From the NCBI GenBank assembly GCA_010093705.1, contig MU006094.1, positions 1,339,550 to 1,403,549 of the forward strand: 64,000 bases of DNA, read 5' to 3'. The translations under genes were made by a program, and so were the position numbers. The stretch's first letter is position 1. Each line of letters starts with the position of its first letter. This DNA is from Patellaria atrata CBS 101060 (lineage: Eukaryota). The notes under the pieces were generated by a model that had not been told where the DNA came from, made no database searches, and worked only from the letters and a program-made list of their open reading frames with translations. Positions 1 through 13,079 of the stretch are shown one piece after another.

Positions 1-1
1 G

Positions 2-1432
2 CTTCCGGCCAAGATTGGATCTTTCGACAACGCTTGCTCCATCGGCTCTGATACACCGACCTATTCGCATTATCTACGGGCCTTGGATTACCATACCGTC
101 CTAGCAGGAAAGATGCACTTTACCGGAGATCAATTGCACGGCTACGAGGACCGATTGACTACCGACATCTATCCTGCTGACTACGGCTGGGTCGTAAGCT
201 GGGATAGACCAGAGGAACGCCTCGAGTGGTATCACAATGCCAGCTCCATCATCCAGGCTGGACCATGCGTACGAAGCAATCAGCTGGATTTCGACGAGGA
301 AGTCATGTACAGGTCCAAACAGTATCTCTACGACCACGTGAGACAGCCAAAGGATACGAGGCCATTCTGTTTGACCGTCTCTCTAACCCATCCCCATGAT
401 CCGTATACCATTGAGGATAAATACTGGGATATGTACGAGGATGTCGACATCGATCTACCCCAGGTTTCCATCAAGGAGGAAGACCAGGATCCCCACAGCA
501 AACGTCTTCTCCACGTCTGTGATCTGAAAGGACAAAAGTTCTCAGATGAACAGATCAAGAGGGCTCGACGGGCATATTACGGTGCTGTAAGTTACGTCGA
601 TGACTGCATCGGTCAACTTCTCTCTGTTCTCAAGAAATGCGGCCTGGAAGAGAATACCATCGTCCTGTTCAGCAGCGATCACGGGGACATGCTCGGCGAA
701 CGTGGCCTCTGGTACAAGATGTCATACTTCGAGTCGTCCGTGCGGGTCCCACTACTAGTCAGTTACCCCAAACTCTTTAAACCTCACCGTGTCACCTCTA
801 GCGTCTCCACCATAGACATCCTGCCCACTCTTGTCGACCTTGCCGGTACATCCCTTATCCCTGGACTCCCATTAGATGGCATCTCCTTGGTTCCGCACCT
901 CTACGGCAACAAAGGTCACGACAACGTTTTCGCGGAGTACATGGGCGAAGGTACCATCGCACCCATGATGATGATACGGCGCGGTCCTTGGAAGTTCATT
1001 ACCTGTCCAGCCGATCCCCCAATGCTCTACAATCTCGCCAATGATCCTCACGAGCTCAACAACCTTGCTCGTCCCGACATTCAGGATTCCGAAACGGCAG
1101 CAGTGCTCGATGCATTCGAAACTGAGGCCCGAAAAAAGTGGGACTTTGCCAAAATTACCGAAGATGTAATACTCTGCCAACGCAAGCGCAAGTTCGTGTG
1201 GAGCGCGTTGAACAAGGGAAGGTTCGACAGTTGGGACTTTAGTCCGAGAGAAGATGGGAAGAACAAGTATATTCGCTCCCAGACTCCGCTCGATACCTTG
1301 GAGTTCAAGGCCCGCTATCCGGTCTTTGAAGATTTGAGTCTTAAGGAGAAGAATGAGATTGTGTCTCATCCGAAGATGGTTATTGAGATGGCGCATGGCA
1401 AAGGGTACCATGGACTTATGCACTATCGTTAA
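2..1432 (+). CDS. Choline-sulfatase (sulfatase family); 5' end lies outside the window
   Basis: The frame is open from position 2 (LPAKIGSFDNAC...). It carries the sulfatase motifs GKMHF, SLTHPHDPY, YYGAVSYVDD, SDHGDMLGERGLWYK and LYNLANDPHEL, plus the choline-sulfatase-typical GYEDRLTTDIYPADYGW. The catalytic CxPxR motif would lie upstream of the window. Confidence 0.92.
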   Translation, partial: LPAKIGSFDNACSIGSDTPTYSHYLRALDYHTVLAGKMHFTGDQLHGYEDRLTTDIYPADYGWVVSWDRPEERLEWYHNASSIIQAGPCVRSNQLDFDEEVMYRSKQYLYDHVRQPKDTRPFCLTVSLTHPHDPYTIEDKYWDMYEDVDIDLPQVSIKEEDQDPHSKRLLHVCDLKGQKFSDEQIKRARRAYYGAVSYVDDCIGQLLSVLKKCGLEENTIVLFSSDHGDMLGERGLWYKMSYFESSVRVPLLVSYPKLFKPHRVTSSVSTIDILPTLVDLAGTSLIPGLPLDGISLVPHLYGNKGHDNVFAEYMGEGTIAPMMMIRRGPWKFITCPADPPMLYNLANDPHELNNLARPDIQDSETAAVLDAFETEARKKWDFAKITEDVILCQRKRKFVWSALNKGRFDSWDFSPREDGKNKYIRSQTPLDTLEFKARYPVFEDLSLKEKNEIVSHPKMVIEMAHGKGYHGLMHYR

Positions 1433-2708
1433 TGAGGAACGTGCTTGTTGCACAATTCTCTCTCTTTCTCTCTCCGTCACACCTAATTCTTTCGGTGTTT
1501 ATGAGTTAAGGGATTAAGCGGGCGTCCTCCCTTTTTAGCAAATTCCCCATCATTTCACCCGTTCTGCATTGAAGACTTAGCGTTGCATGTCTGGACCTTT
1601 TTCAAATCGGGGTTTTTCCATCTTGCCGGGCGTCAAGTTGCGTTTCATGTCTAGTCTTCTAGCAATTTGCTTCAAATGATGCTTGTTTTCAACTAGCGAG
1701 TCCCTTTTTTTCAAATTGTTCACTCTGAGCGAGTTTTCAATAATGCAGGAGGCGGGCTCGTGTTTTTCAAGTTTCGGGTTATGATTGCCTTCTTTTTGCT
1801 CTCAACTAGCGAATCCCCCCTTTTCCCTCTATCATTTTATCATCAAGCAGTGTGGTGTGAGGGCGGAATATAATTTAAAGTAGCATAGATAGTGAATCAA
1901 AAGCCTTGCTCTCTACCAAGACTTATTCCTCGAAGAAGTGAACGTCTGGGTTTTATTATAGTCAAGGGGACTACTCCAACAACTTATCGGTTGTATCCCA
2001 TAAGGGGCCTGAAGATGCTACCAAACTCCGTATCGTGGCCCAAGGTAGGTTGACTTTCCACTATTATAGCCAATTTTACTACCCTTCTCTGGACTAGGTC
2101 CATACTTTTCTTTTCTCCAGACGTTTCCCTGGAGATCTATACCTAGGTCTTTAAGTTACATTTTCAGTTGACTATGGGATGGAGATCCGGATACCTCTTC
2201 GTCGTAGTTACGGTGTATATACCATCTTCCGCAACTTTGTGCGAACGTCCATCGTATCCAACTCATTAACCTCCCATTCTTAGTGGTATACCATAGTGCT
2301 TTTTTTCAACCTCCAGATCCTGCCTCACACGATTTCTTCTGCCCGAACTCTTTTCATCTTCACACACCTCAATCTTAAATCGTTCATCTTCTTACCTGCG
2401 TTACTGTTACTTCTTCCCACGAATTCCCCAGTCCAAACGATCCGGACCAGGCCTCGATCCGAGATAAGCGATATCAAACATACTCCAGAGCGTCCAGAAT
2501 GAAACTTCAAAAACAGATCCACCCCTGACCTCATCTTCGGCTCAAACTTGCATCTTAACGTTTAATACAAAATTTGTTTTTGAATAATATTAACTGCTCT
2601 ATATCGACTCAGCGCCGACATCTGCGACATCTGCGTATATGTACTAACCTCGTACTCTCTCATACTCGTACTATGTATACAAAGGAATGGAACGGGGGTA
2701 TATGATCC

Positions 2709-2744
2709 ACCAACCCAACCTAACCCAACCTAACCCAACCCAAC
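2709..2744 (+). repeat. Pentanucleotide microsatellite (CCAAC/CTAAC)n
   Basis: ccaacccaacctaacccaacctaacccaacccaac read directly. Confidence 0.8.
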
Positions 2745-2919
2745 AAAATCACCGGTATAAACAATCGTGCTTAGCTCCCCGCTAAGGCAACAAAAGAGAT
2801 CCCAAGCGCCATGCTCAGACCCATCCAAAACAATATCTCATAAACGCCATCTAAAAACGCACAGAGAGAGAGAGAGTATGTGTGTGAGTGAGAGCGTGGT
2901 CATCCCTCGGACCTGATAC

Positions 2920-5322
2920 TCACGTACCCTCATACGCCCCACCTCTCCCCATCCCCCTCCCGTTTCCCCCAACCCAATCCCCATACTCACTCCCATCATA
3001 AACGCTATCGTAGCCTCCATACCGCGCGTTCCCCCCGTGTCCATTTCCATTTCCATTCCCATTCCCGTTGCCGTTATTATGCACGCTCCCCCACGTACTC
3101 CGCGGCCTCGTGCTAGTCTCAGCCTGCTGCACGATCCCCGGCCGTCCACTCCTGACAACATCGTTCCGCAGCGGCCACTCCTCCCCCTGCTGTTCCATCT
3201 GCGGTGACACGGGCGTGAAAGCCGGATCGGCGAAGGGGTCCGAATACCGCTGCTGGCTCGGACGCACGGGGGAGTTGTTGTTCGAGGCCGGTCTCCGCGG
3301 AGGGGAGTGCCGGGACGGGGAGTTGTTGTTGGACCGCGGCCGAGGCGGTGGGGCGGAGGGCGGTATTTGGTAGGGCGAGTAACCCCCTGCGTACACGTCG
3401 GCGAAGTTGATGTCTGTCATGCTCGCTGTGGGGGAGTGGGAGTTTGATCTCCTGCGGGGCTGTGGGGGCGCGGGATATTCCATCGCGGAGTAGAACTGTG
3501 GTTGCGTCTGTAACTGCGGTCGCGCGGGTAGGGTTTTTTGCTGCGATTGCGGTACAGGTTGTTGGCCCGAAGATGAAGATGTAGAACTCGTCCGCTGCTG
3601 GGTTAGAGTTTGAGGTTTATCATCTCCCTCCTCCCAGCTCCTCTGCCTCATACTGCTTGCAGAATTCCTATTCGGGTTCAACGGGCTCAGTGCCCCAGAT
3701 GGACTCGGTGGGTTCAACAACCCATAATTTCCCTGTCCATTACTCAAGCGCTTCGGGTTTCTGAGGTCCTCGCGGGAGTTTCGCAGAGCTCTGTTTGCTG
3801 CAACGGCTCCTGCACCCGCAGCTACAGCCGTTCCAGGACCAGCGGAAGTCGCAGCACCGTGATTCGGATCAGGTTCCGGCTCCTCACGAACGGACTGCAA
3901 AGTCCCGACTGAACCGCCGGATTTTGATCTATCGGACGAGCTGCCGCTGCCATTTCTTTTATGTGCTCCTGCCGCTGCTCCAGCTGCAAGGCCAACGCCT
4001 ACGCCTGCAGCTCCCGCGCCTAAGGCTCCAGCACCAAATCCCCCAGAAGAAGGACCAGCTCCGGGGCCAAACCCTGCAGAAGAGGAATCAGCTCCAGGGC
4101 CCAGTCCTCCAGCTCCGGGTCTAGATCCTCGAGGAGACGGCCCGGCTGCAGTATCCCTAGGACCAAGAGTGCCTGCATGTGGGTTGATACCCAAGGGGCC
4201 GCCTCTTGGTGAGCGAACTGGAGCTGGGATACCGTATGCAGATCTGTCTCTGTCGTTACCAAGACCGATTGCGTTCTCCGTTTCGCGGCCCCAGTCCTCT
4301 ACATCCCTATCTACAGCTGCATCAACCAATCTCTGTCTCTCCGGTACAGGTCTCCGCCCGATTGCTCCACCTAAAAATGCGGGACGTGGTCGATGGGCTG
4401 GGTGAACTTCTTCTATCTCACCCGGGGCACGTTGGTACGTGGATGAGAGGAAGGCTGGAGTAGGTGGCCTCGAGCCTGAGTCGTGGTCGGAGGGAGTATG
4501 ACGGCTGCGTCTGCGACGGAGACAGAAGAATAGCAGTGCAAGAAGGAGAAGTGCAGCAAGGATGCTTCCAATAGCAATGCCGGCTTTTGCGCCCGTTGAG
4601 AGGCCGCCAGAAGGCTTGGGGTCATCGGATGTAGAGTAGGATGGTGAGGAGACTGTAGGGAGAGATGCTACGATGGTAGAATCAGATGAGGAAGAGCGGC
4701 GGGTTGTAGTGAGGGTTGTAGCGCTTCCCGAGGATGAGGATTCCGAGATCGTTGAGATGGAATCGGAAGCTTGAGAGTACTCGAGAGCAGTTGAGGGGGA
4801 ATCGGAGGACTCTGGTAGAGAGGATGGATCAGATGTAGGATCGAGTGTGAATGGTGCAGAGGTGGGTGTGGGTGTTGGTTGAGCGGATGGAAAAGAGTTC
4901 GAGTCGTCCGTAACTGCGGGACTGCCTGTGGGAGAGGCCTCCGGTGCTGTTGTAGGCCCAAATTCACTGCTCAGGTATTCTTGTATTTCCGTCGGCAGAG
5001 CTGTAAACCAGTCTGGAGTATTGTTATCGAGGAATTGTGACCACAGTAGGGTTGAGACAGCATCGATGTCGATGACGGCCAGCAACAGTATTGAAGCTGG
5101 TATTGCTGTTCCCATAACAGATAACAGAGAAGACCTTTCGAGGATGTTAGTCCCAGTTGTCTATCCAACAATCGCATCGATTAACACTTACAGGTCTACA
5201 TCCTGCCTCCTCCTCAACTCTACTTCTATGGGTAAGGGCGCAGGTGTAATAGTTGGTCTCGCAACATCCTCCGCCCACACTCCCACAGCCGCACCTAAGA
5301 GTATCAACGATTCGTATCGCAT
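2920..5322 (-). CDS. Type I single-pass membrane protein with a Ser/Thr-rich ectodomain and a long disordered cytoplasmic tail (Mid2/mucin-like sensor architecture)
   Basis: Exon 1 (5322-5192) encodes a signal peptide, MRYESLILLGAAVGVWA. Intron 5191-5135 (GTAAGT..CTAAC..AAG) joins it in frame to the 5115-2920 ORF. Then follow an S/T-rich stalk and the TM segment GLSTGAKAGIAIGSILAALLLLALLFFCL-RRRR. A further small 3' intron near 2925-2850 is possible. Confidence 0.8.
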
Positions 5323-6601
5323 TTTCGGTTTTTGTCACGATAGCATTATTGTTTTGTCTGGGAGAACAGCGGTCCGTACGAGTACCATCAAGCGTCCGTA
5401 GAAGTAGGAATAACATCGTCATGATTGACCGGGTGGCCGCAAACTCTTTAACCCACCGTCCATGGAAATCTGGAATGATTGATCGACAGTCGTCTCTACC
5501 CTGCTCACATTCTCGGAGGCTCCCCGTACAGGCATTTTGGAAGTCGATCTTTTAAATATAGATGCAGAAACCTGTTGTCGAACTTGTCGAACTTGTCGGT
5601 TTGCGGGAGGTGATGGAAGATCTGTGGCTAGGGGGCTAGTTTGGCGTTGCGGAGGAGCGCAAGGACTCCAAGGAAGGAGATGCCTCCAGTCGAGAATTCA
5701 GAGAAAATGTTCAAGTCCAAATGGTCAATTCCTAGTTCAAGGCTGATCACTCCGGTGGCGAATTGAAAACAAGTTGATCAAGGTTGCCATTCGTTAGGTG
5801 TGGCTGAGCATAAGAAAAGTTGACGTTATCTCTATAAGAGATCTACATATTCACACCAATTATGATGGATTTATCGCCGTCGTTCGCCTCCGTATAAAAC
5901 CAAACGTTGCAGGTCAGTACTGTTTCAAGGCTAGCACCACGACCTAAATTCGTTTAACAAGTAACAAAGGCTCTATCCGTCCTTCTAGAATCAAAGGCCC
6001 TGCAGGCGTATACTTGTAGCGACTTGGTACTTACTCTGGAAGGTGGAGAACCCGAAAAAGCCATAATAATGATGCATATCGTAGGAAATTGCCATGATTT
6101 AGAAGCTTCCCTTTTCTTTCACTACAGCACTGCTTGTTTAGCGAGTTGGAAGCATCAGGGGAATAGCGTCTAGTTCTGAAAATAAGTAAGTGGTGATATC
6201 TCCGCTCAGTGCGCTGGACTGGTATGAAAGGATGTGTTCATTGTGGTCGGGGAGTCAGCATATTCTAAGCACCTACAGTCAAAATTGTCAATTCAGTCAT
6301 GCCAGAGTGTACGATGTGAGCCGCAGAATCGATACGAAATGAGCAATTGCACGGGATAATTGATTGTATTTTGGCTATCAAAATTCTTTCCTTTAGACTC
6401 ATTTGGCTACTATTACAAAACCACATGGTTGCCTAAAACTAGAGACGGTACTCGCTGTAGGGCAGGAATCTATTTCACCGGAATATCAGTATGCGCTCTT
6501 GTGGACGATATACCTTAGCAGTACAATAGAAAAGGAGACGGGAAAATCATGCTCTTACCTGTCCGCTGCGGATTCTCCACAACAACAAACACCTCAGCAT
6601 G

Positions 6602-8167
6602 TCAGCAATGCTTCCGTACTGGAGCCGCACCGAGCGTGGGAAACTGCTCCGCATCGTGGATGTCGAGCTTCGGTACCAGCCTATTGGTTGGCACCGCTGC
6701 TCTACGGCTCTCCAGTTGGGAATCGACTACCAGGCCACGTGGCCCGGTAGGGGCGAGCGGTGAAGGGCCAGAGAGCTTTGGTAGTACGCTGAAGTGACGG
6801 TGCTGTGGTACCTTAAACCCGCTTCCGATTACCGTTTGTCCTGACATTGCAGGACGCTCCGCAACTGGAGCGGAGGGAAGGGTTGCCACAATCCCGAAGG
6901 ACGGGACGAAGACGGGAGCAGCAGCGTTCAAAGGACGGTTACCTGGACTAGAATATGATGGCAACACGGCATAGCTATTTGGAGCTAAGCTGAACCCCCC
7001 GAACGTTGCCATTGTCGTACCCGTTCCGGACTGGGCGGCCTCCGCTTGGTGTAGGCGGATGTAGTGTTCATTCACGTATTCCCCACTTATCGCGCAAATG
7101 CCCCCACCATGCCATTTACCACACAATTTGCACATCTTGCATCGGTCCTCTGTATGGCCCTTGGTCTTGCAATTCGTACACTCATGGAAAACAAAGCACT
7201 GCTCGGCCTTGTGCTGTTCGCTCCCACACCTCGTACAACGTTTGTCATCCGGTATGTTCTTTACAGCTTCTCGCAAGTCCACGATCATCTTATCAACAAC
7301 AGCTTGTGGTGTCGGATCCTCCCTTGTTAAGCGACGAGAACCTTGAAGGGCAAGGAGGATGACCCCAAGAAGTGTGTACGCCGAGTCATTCCCGCCGTTG
7401 TGTTGATTCTTCAATGTCACGCCCACGCTCGCGAGGATCAGTGGTAGGCGTTGAGGATGCCTGGTTGGAACCCAAGTCATCACTTGTGTATCGATTATTC
7501 CAACGATGGTTTGGAAATCAGTGAGTTTGACACCCAGTTGAGTCTTCAGGTATTTCTCATCGTTGTCAAAGGCATGTCCGACAAGAACAATCTGGCGGTA
7601 TTTGATGTAACCATGTTCCTTAGCATCGTGTTTCGAATCTCTCCACTTGAATGCCATTGCCAAAGCAAAGGGCAAAGTGGCCTTCTGGATCCATTCGCTC
7701 TTTCCAAAGTCCAAGCGATCACCTGCGAAGAGGTCGTTGCCGTATTTGTCTTTGAATCTAGAGACGCGGAAACCATTTTCAACAACTCTCAGGTGTTTTA
7801 CCATGATTTTTGACATCCAGTTTGAACCATTGATGCCAGGATCTCGCGAAAGTTTTCTGGTATCCAGAATTGAGAGGCCGATCTCAGTGAGCCAAGACTG
7901 GTGCTTTGTGTTCTTTGCCTCTATGTCAAGGGCGACAAAGATGCAATCGAGATTGAGCCTAGAATCTTGTCAGAAACTGTTCTGTTGATATAGATGGTGG
8001 TGAGTGATTCGTACATACCTGCCGTTATAATGGTCGCGAATCTTCAATGCTTGTTCCATCAACATATAGCTTGACAGTGGTTCCATTGGCATCATCGATT
8101 GGACTGGCAATAAAACAGGTGTAGCCATCGTATCCGTAGATGGCATGCGTGCGTAAAGATTTACCAT
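6602..8167 (-). CDS. DEDDh 3'-5' exonuclease of the Gfd2/YDR514C/QIP (QDE-2-interacting protein)-like family, with C-terminal CCHC zinc knuckles
   Basis: Exon 1 is 8167-8019; intron 8018-7959 reads GTATGT..CTGAC..TAG. The spliced protein has FVALDIE (ExoI), TEIGLSILDTR, VLVGH..ND (ExoII), IDTQ and HNGGNDSAYTL (ExoIII). Knuckles follow: CTRCGSEQHKAEQC, CTNCKTKGHTEDRC and a third variant, CKLCGKWH..C. The start codon is uncertain. Confidence 0.8.
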
Positions 8168-11100
8168 TTTGTCTATTGTTCGAGGAAATGAGTAATACAA
8201 GTAGATAGTCCGACAAGTGGAGGTGGTAAATCGAAAAATCTTGTTGTGGTGAGGATGTTTGTTGTTGAAAGATTAGAGTTTGCAGCGAACGGGCTTTTAA
8301 AGGAGATCTTGGCCGAAACTTTGTGAAGAAACAGAGTTTTCAAGAATCGTGACTTAACGGAGGTTATGGAAGAGCCGCAACGTCGTCTCCAAACACCAAA
8401 ACAATATGACATAGCCCACAATAGTCAGTTCAGGAACTCCATCCACAAATTGACGATTAAACAATGATGGACATAAAGGGAAACATGAAGGTCATTCTCC
8501 CAACACGCCGACGACAAAGGGGCAAACTGCAGCTCCATGATCAAATCCCACGGAATCCTGAAGACGTATCCTTCGACCATCGCGTTTCAGCTTCGAATAC
8601 ATCCACTTTGCTGACAACGGTGCACGACCGTATATAGAGAGATGCTATTGACCATCGACTAAATAACTGAAAACGGAAGGAAAATGTGCTGAACATGCCC
8701 GTCAGGAACCAGGTTTCAAGCATTCGTGGATTGGATTCCACAATAGCCCTCTGCTAGGAAGACAAGATAATGTCATATATATTAGAGCTGAGGCGACATT
8801 CATATCTAGGCCCTATCAATTCGTCAATTGCATTTGCATTCGTCTTTTGGACAAGCGAAGTGGTCGGTGTCTCCCGATTCGATAAGCGCTCCAAGTGCGG
8901 AAAGGTGGCCTCGCCTGGAGAGGTCTCTTCAAGCCCAGTATTATGGAAGATAGCAAACATGGTAGAGCATTTTTGTTACTTCAACAGCTGTACCAACTTT
9001 TCTTCTTAATGATGTAAGAAATGATAGGATCGACTGTTTGAGGGCGGTGATATGGGGAATGGATCTATTATATAGCAAGAGCTAAGGAATGCAAAGCTAT
9101 AAGGATTAATAGGAGGAAAATAATATGTAAGAGAAGAGCGAGAGGACAGCATAAGAGAGTTTAGGACATATGAAAGTGACTTAGAACACCTCCGAGTCTA
9201 TCTACTTCAATGTGTTCACAAGAGTCTTGAGGAGTGTACGAGCCTATCCAACTCTTCCAAAGAAACTAGGAATATCTCTTAAACCATACTTTGACACTTG
9301 TGTTGTAGGCTGGATATAACGAAATATTGTGTTGTCCAAGTATGTGAGAACGGAAGTATCGCTTGCCATTTTGCACAAGGGGAACTCCATGCGTTGGAAC
9401 GCAGCCGTTTACTTCCTGTGTTACAGAACAGCCCGATCATCTCTTTTAATTCCATCATACGATTCATGCTTTTAAATATTTCTCTGGTGATAAAAAGTGT
9501 TTCAGCATGACATGAACCTTGTTACGCCGGTCTGAGATGCAGATGACCGGATGGATGCTACGAGCGAGAGACCCGGAAGATATTTGTCTTAACGGAACGA
9601 TCACGCTTTCCTATAGCATCCAAGAGGTATATACTGGTAGGATCTTATAAATTTGAGTTCCGAAACCAACGGTCTCCTTTGTGGAAGCGTATCAGATATA
9701 CTGTGTCGATGAATGGAGGTTCAGACGATGAGGTGAGGTTCCGGATGATGGCCGACGCAAAGAATCGGAGGGTGGGTCCGTGCACAATCATTTCTCCTGT
9801 CCCGTCTCATCTGAACTGTTACTTTTCACTCTGTACAATAAAGACCTCATTCATCTGTTCTCCAACACTGTATTTACGCCTATGGAATCATTCTATGTGT
9901 AAGGATTAACTTTGGAGCTCTATAATACTCAGTTGATGGAAAGTCAGCACGATTCAGTTTCAAACTAAAAGATACTGAACTGAAAGTTTCGGCTCATATC
10001 TATTAATGGCACTTTGCATTCCCAACGGGTTTATCGTCTTGTTAGTCTCACATTACTGAGCAGATAATATACATTCAACAGATCCGCGCTATCGTTTTTA
10101 ACTGATGGTAACATCTTGTGATAGGCATTCCTCTGTGGGTATTCCAGACTAGAGATGATAGGAACCAACGAGTTCAAGTACAGGACTGGTCCTCAAGATG
10201 CTAACAGGTTCACTCTTTCTCATCCATTTGATCCGGGAGAAGGGAAATGATGTCATGCTTCGCTCTGTGGGTACCTGGGCGAGAGGTGACCATGAGGAAC
10301 TGTGAGTTGAGAACCATACAGATTGTATATTCAATTTTCAGTTATCGGTTGCGCCAGCAGGGCCATTATCCAGTTAAAAACGCTCAGTTGGGCGACAATC
10401 ACAGACTCAAGTTTAGTTGATATACAATGGACTATCCTCTGTCTCTACTCTAATAACGAGTGATAGCTTGTGGAGCGTTTCCCCCAGCATGGATTGATGA
10501 GTTAGAGCCAACCTCACCGCCTCAAAGTTAGTTGCACAGTAAAGGAAAATGCGGTCGTGGAGCGATCCCAAATAGGAAAACGTTGGCATGTCACTATGAA
10601 TGCTAACGCGTTGGCAATCGACATTGGATCAAACTTGCTAAGGGATATTTGGATACAATCTGTTGTACGGAATACGTTCGTAGTAGTCCTATAGCATTGG
10701 ACAACTTTGAAGTTGCTGCTGCTATTCAGAGATTACTTTACTTTTGTAAATATCGTGAATACATACAATTCAAACCTAAGGCTCTCTACCTTAAAGTATT
10801 TTGGCCCAAGGAAAGGATGAAACAGGCGCCCAACGGGCCTATCTCACATCGTCCAAGACGCAGATCCCAGCACGAAGGAGCGGACAACAACAACGTCAAC
10901 TAGTTAATGACGCTTTGTTTGCAATACCTTTCTTCACGTGCTATATACGGAATCCGCGTATCCAATTCCTCGTAAGCACAGCGTTTGACTATCTAGTTGC
11001 AACTTTGCGCCGGGTCCAAGTCCATATCCTCCCCTTTCCCACATTTCACCATGGTAATAGACTGATAGTTGGTGGATTGGAGCTTAAGATCTAGCAATGC

Positions 11101-11370
11101 AACCTTCCGCCATTATGTTTTACTAAGGCCGGGAGGCCTGAGGGGCCTTCTGTGGTCCTTCGTTCCCTGCTCCAACGGCATGGATACACGCGCGGTGTGA
11201 TAGAGCTGGAATACTAGGAGATTGCCGTTGCTGTGGTAAGGTTTTCTGGATGCACGACTTATTAGTCGGTCGCACATCCCTATCTTTTCTCTTGTACTGC
11301 TTTTTCCTAGACAATCAACTATTGAAGGTCGCAGTTATCGTAGCTGTGGTTAAGCCATTAGAATTACACA

Positions 11371-13079
11371 ATGACACCTCGATTCGCTCGGCTTCTATCC
11401 CTTGCGGTGCTGGCTATACCCTCCGTCCTTTCACAAGAGCTCCCAGAGGTACCGGAGCAGGTAGTTTTGAAACATGCTGTAGAAGTCAAGGAGCATGGCG
11501 GATCTCCTTGTGAGCTTGCTGTAAGCTTGTCACTGGTTTTGGAATATATTTTTGCACTGCTAACGTTTCTATGTAGTGTGCGACCATCGCCGAGTCAATC
11601 CCCGATAAATCGTTCATGAGAACTGCTGGAAACTATTATATGTGGGACGCAAAGCAAGCGGAAATCATTCCCGCATGTCGCGTCGAACCCGCCTCTGCAG
11701 AAGAGATTACATTCATCCTGAAGACGGTGATTGAGCACCAATGTAATTTCGCTATCAAGGGCGGTGGACACGCCCGCCATGCTGGCTCGTCCAATGCGGA
11801 TAATGGGGTCACTATCGACCTAGCCAAGATGAATCAAGTCGAAATTGCTAGTGACAGGAAAACTGTGAAGGTAGGAGGAGGAGCTGTTTGGCTTGATGTC
11901 TATACCGCAGTGGAAGCGGAGGGTTTGATGGTCATAGGTGGCCGTGTTGGGGATGTAGGAGTCGGAGGTTTGACATTAGGAGGTATAATATATAAATCAA
12001 CAAATTTGAACTCAAAGACTGATGAGGGATTGCTAGGTGGTATCTCATTCTTCTCGGGCCGTCATGGCTGGGCTTGCGATTCTGTCATCGCTTTCGAGAT
12101 TGTTCTACCCGACGGCACATTTACCAAAATTACTCAATCATCCAATCCCGATCTTTTCTGGGCTCTCCGCGGCGGTTCAAATAACTTCGGTGTCGTGATT
12201 GCTTTTCATTTCGAGACCTTCGAACATCCCGGAAAACTCTGGCGCGCTACCCGGCTACACAAATGGGAAGATGTTCCTGAGCTGCTTGACATGCAGTATG
12301 ATTTCCAAGTGAATCAACAACCCAAGGATCTGGACACCGGTACTTTTTTTCCCTATGGTTATTATGCGGCTTATGACATGATGCTTGTTCCCTTTACACT
12401 TGTCCATACCGCTCATGATGACATTGATAACCCTCCCGAAGCATTCAAAAAGTTCTTCACCAAGGACGTTATGGACGGTTCTAAGGTTGATTATAACTCA
12501 CTCTCGAACATCACTCTAGATATCCAGCAAAGCAGTCCGCCAGGCCTACGTGTAATGTACAAGACAGTAACCTATCGTGCATCTAGGGAACTAGACGGCA
12601 AGATCCTCGATCTCTACTTGGAAGCGCTCGAACACGTAAAGAAAATTCCCGGTATCATTCCCGTCGTAGTTTTCCACCCAGTCGCGGCGGAGGTTTTTAA
12701 GAAAATGCAAAAGAATGGAGGTAATCCGCTAGGCTTGGACGATGTTGACGGCCCCGTCACTGTTATGCAGATTGCGTGGGCTTGGACTAATAAGGAAGAC
12801 GATGAACTAAACTACAAGGTCACGAAGAGACTTTTCGAGAATATCAAAGTCGAAGGAGACAAACTGGGTGTGATGCATAGGTACATCTATCAAAACTATG
12901 CGTGGGCAGATCAGGACGTGTTCTCGGGCTATGGGGAAGAGAATTTGGCGAGATTGAGGAAGATACAGAAGAGTGTGGATCCGAATGGCGCATTTGCTGC
13001 TGGTGGATTGAATGGAGGATACTTTAAGGTAAACAAGGTGATGGGCAGCGTAGAGGGAATGCTTAGGGATGAGCTATGA
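11371..13079 (+). CDS. Secretory FAD-linked oxidoreductase (BBE/VAO-like, PCMH FAD-binding) with C-terminal RDEL
   Basis: Signal peptide MTPRFARLLSLAVLAIPSVLS. Introns at 11521-11576 and 11983-12036. Motifs: FAIKGGGH (covalent-FAD His), VGVGGLTLGGGISFFS, DLFWALRGGSNNFGVV, and a BBE-like YQNYA..YGEENLARLRKIQKSVDPNGAF. Confidence 0.9.

Noticed and set aside
872..1480. 202-aa antisense ORF over the sulfatase, and similar shadow ORFs over the membrane protein, FLC, SMC5 and FUM1
   Set aside because: These are antisense or alternate-frame shadows of well-supported genes, with no motifs.
2709..2744. CCTAAC-containing repeat as an interstitial telomere
   Set aside because: The period is 5 nt (CCAAC/CTAAC), not TTAGGG/CCCTAA hexamers.
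8950..9170. Minus-strand ATG with a hydrophobic signal-peptide-like run interrupted by TAA/TAG
   Set aside because: The downstream frame is not coherent, and T-rich sequence yields hydrophobic codons by chance.
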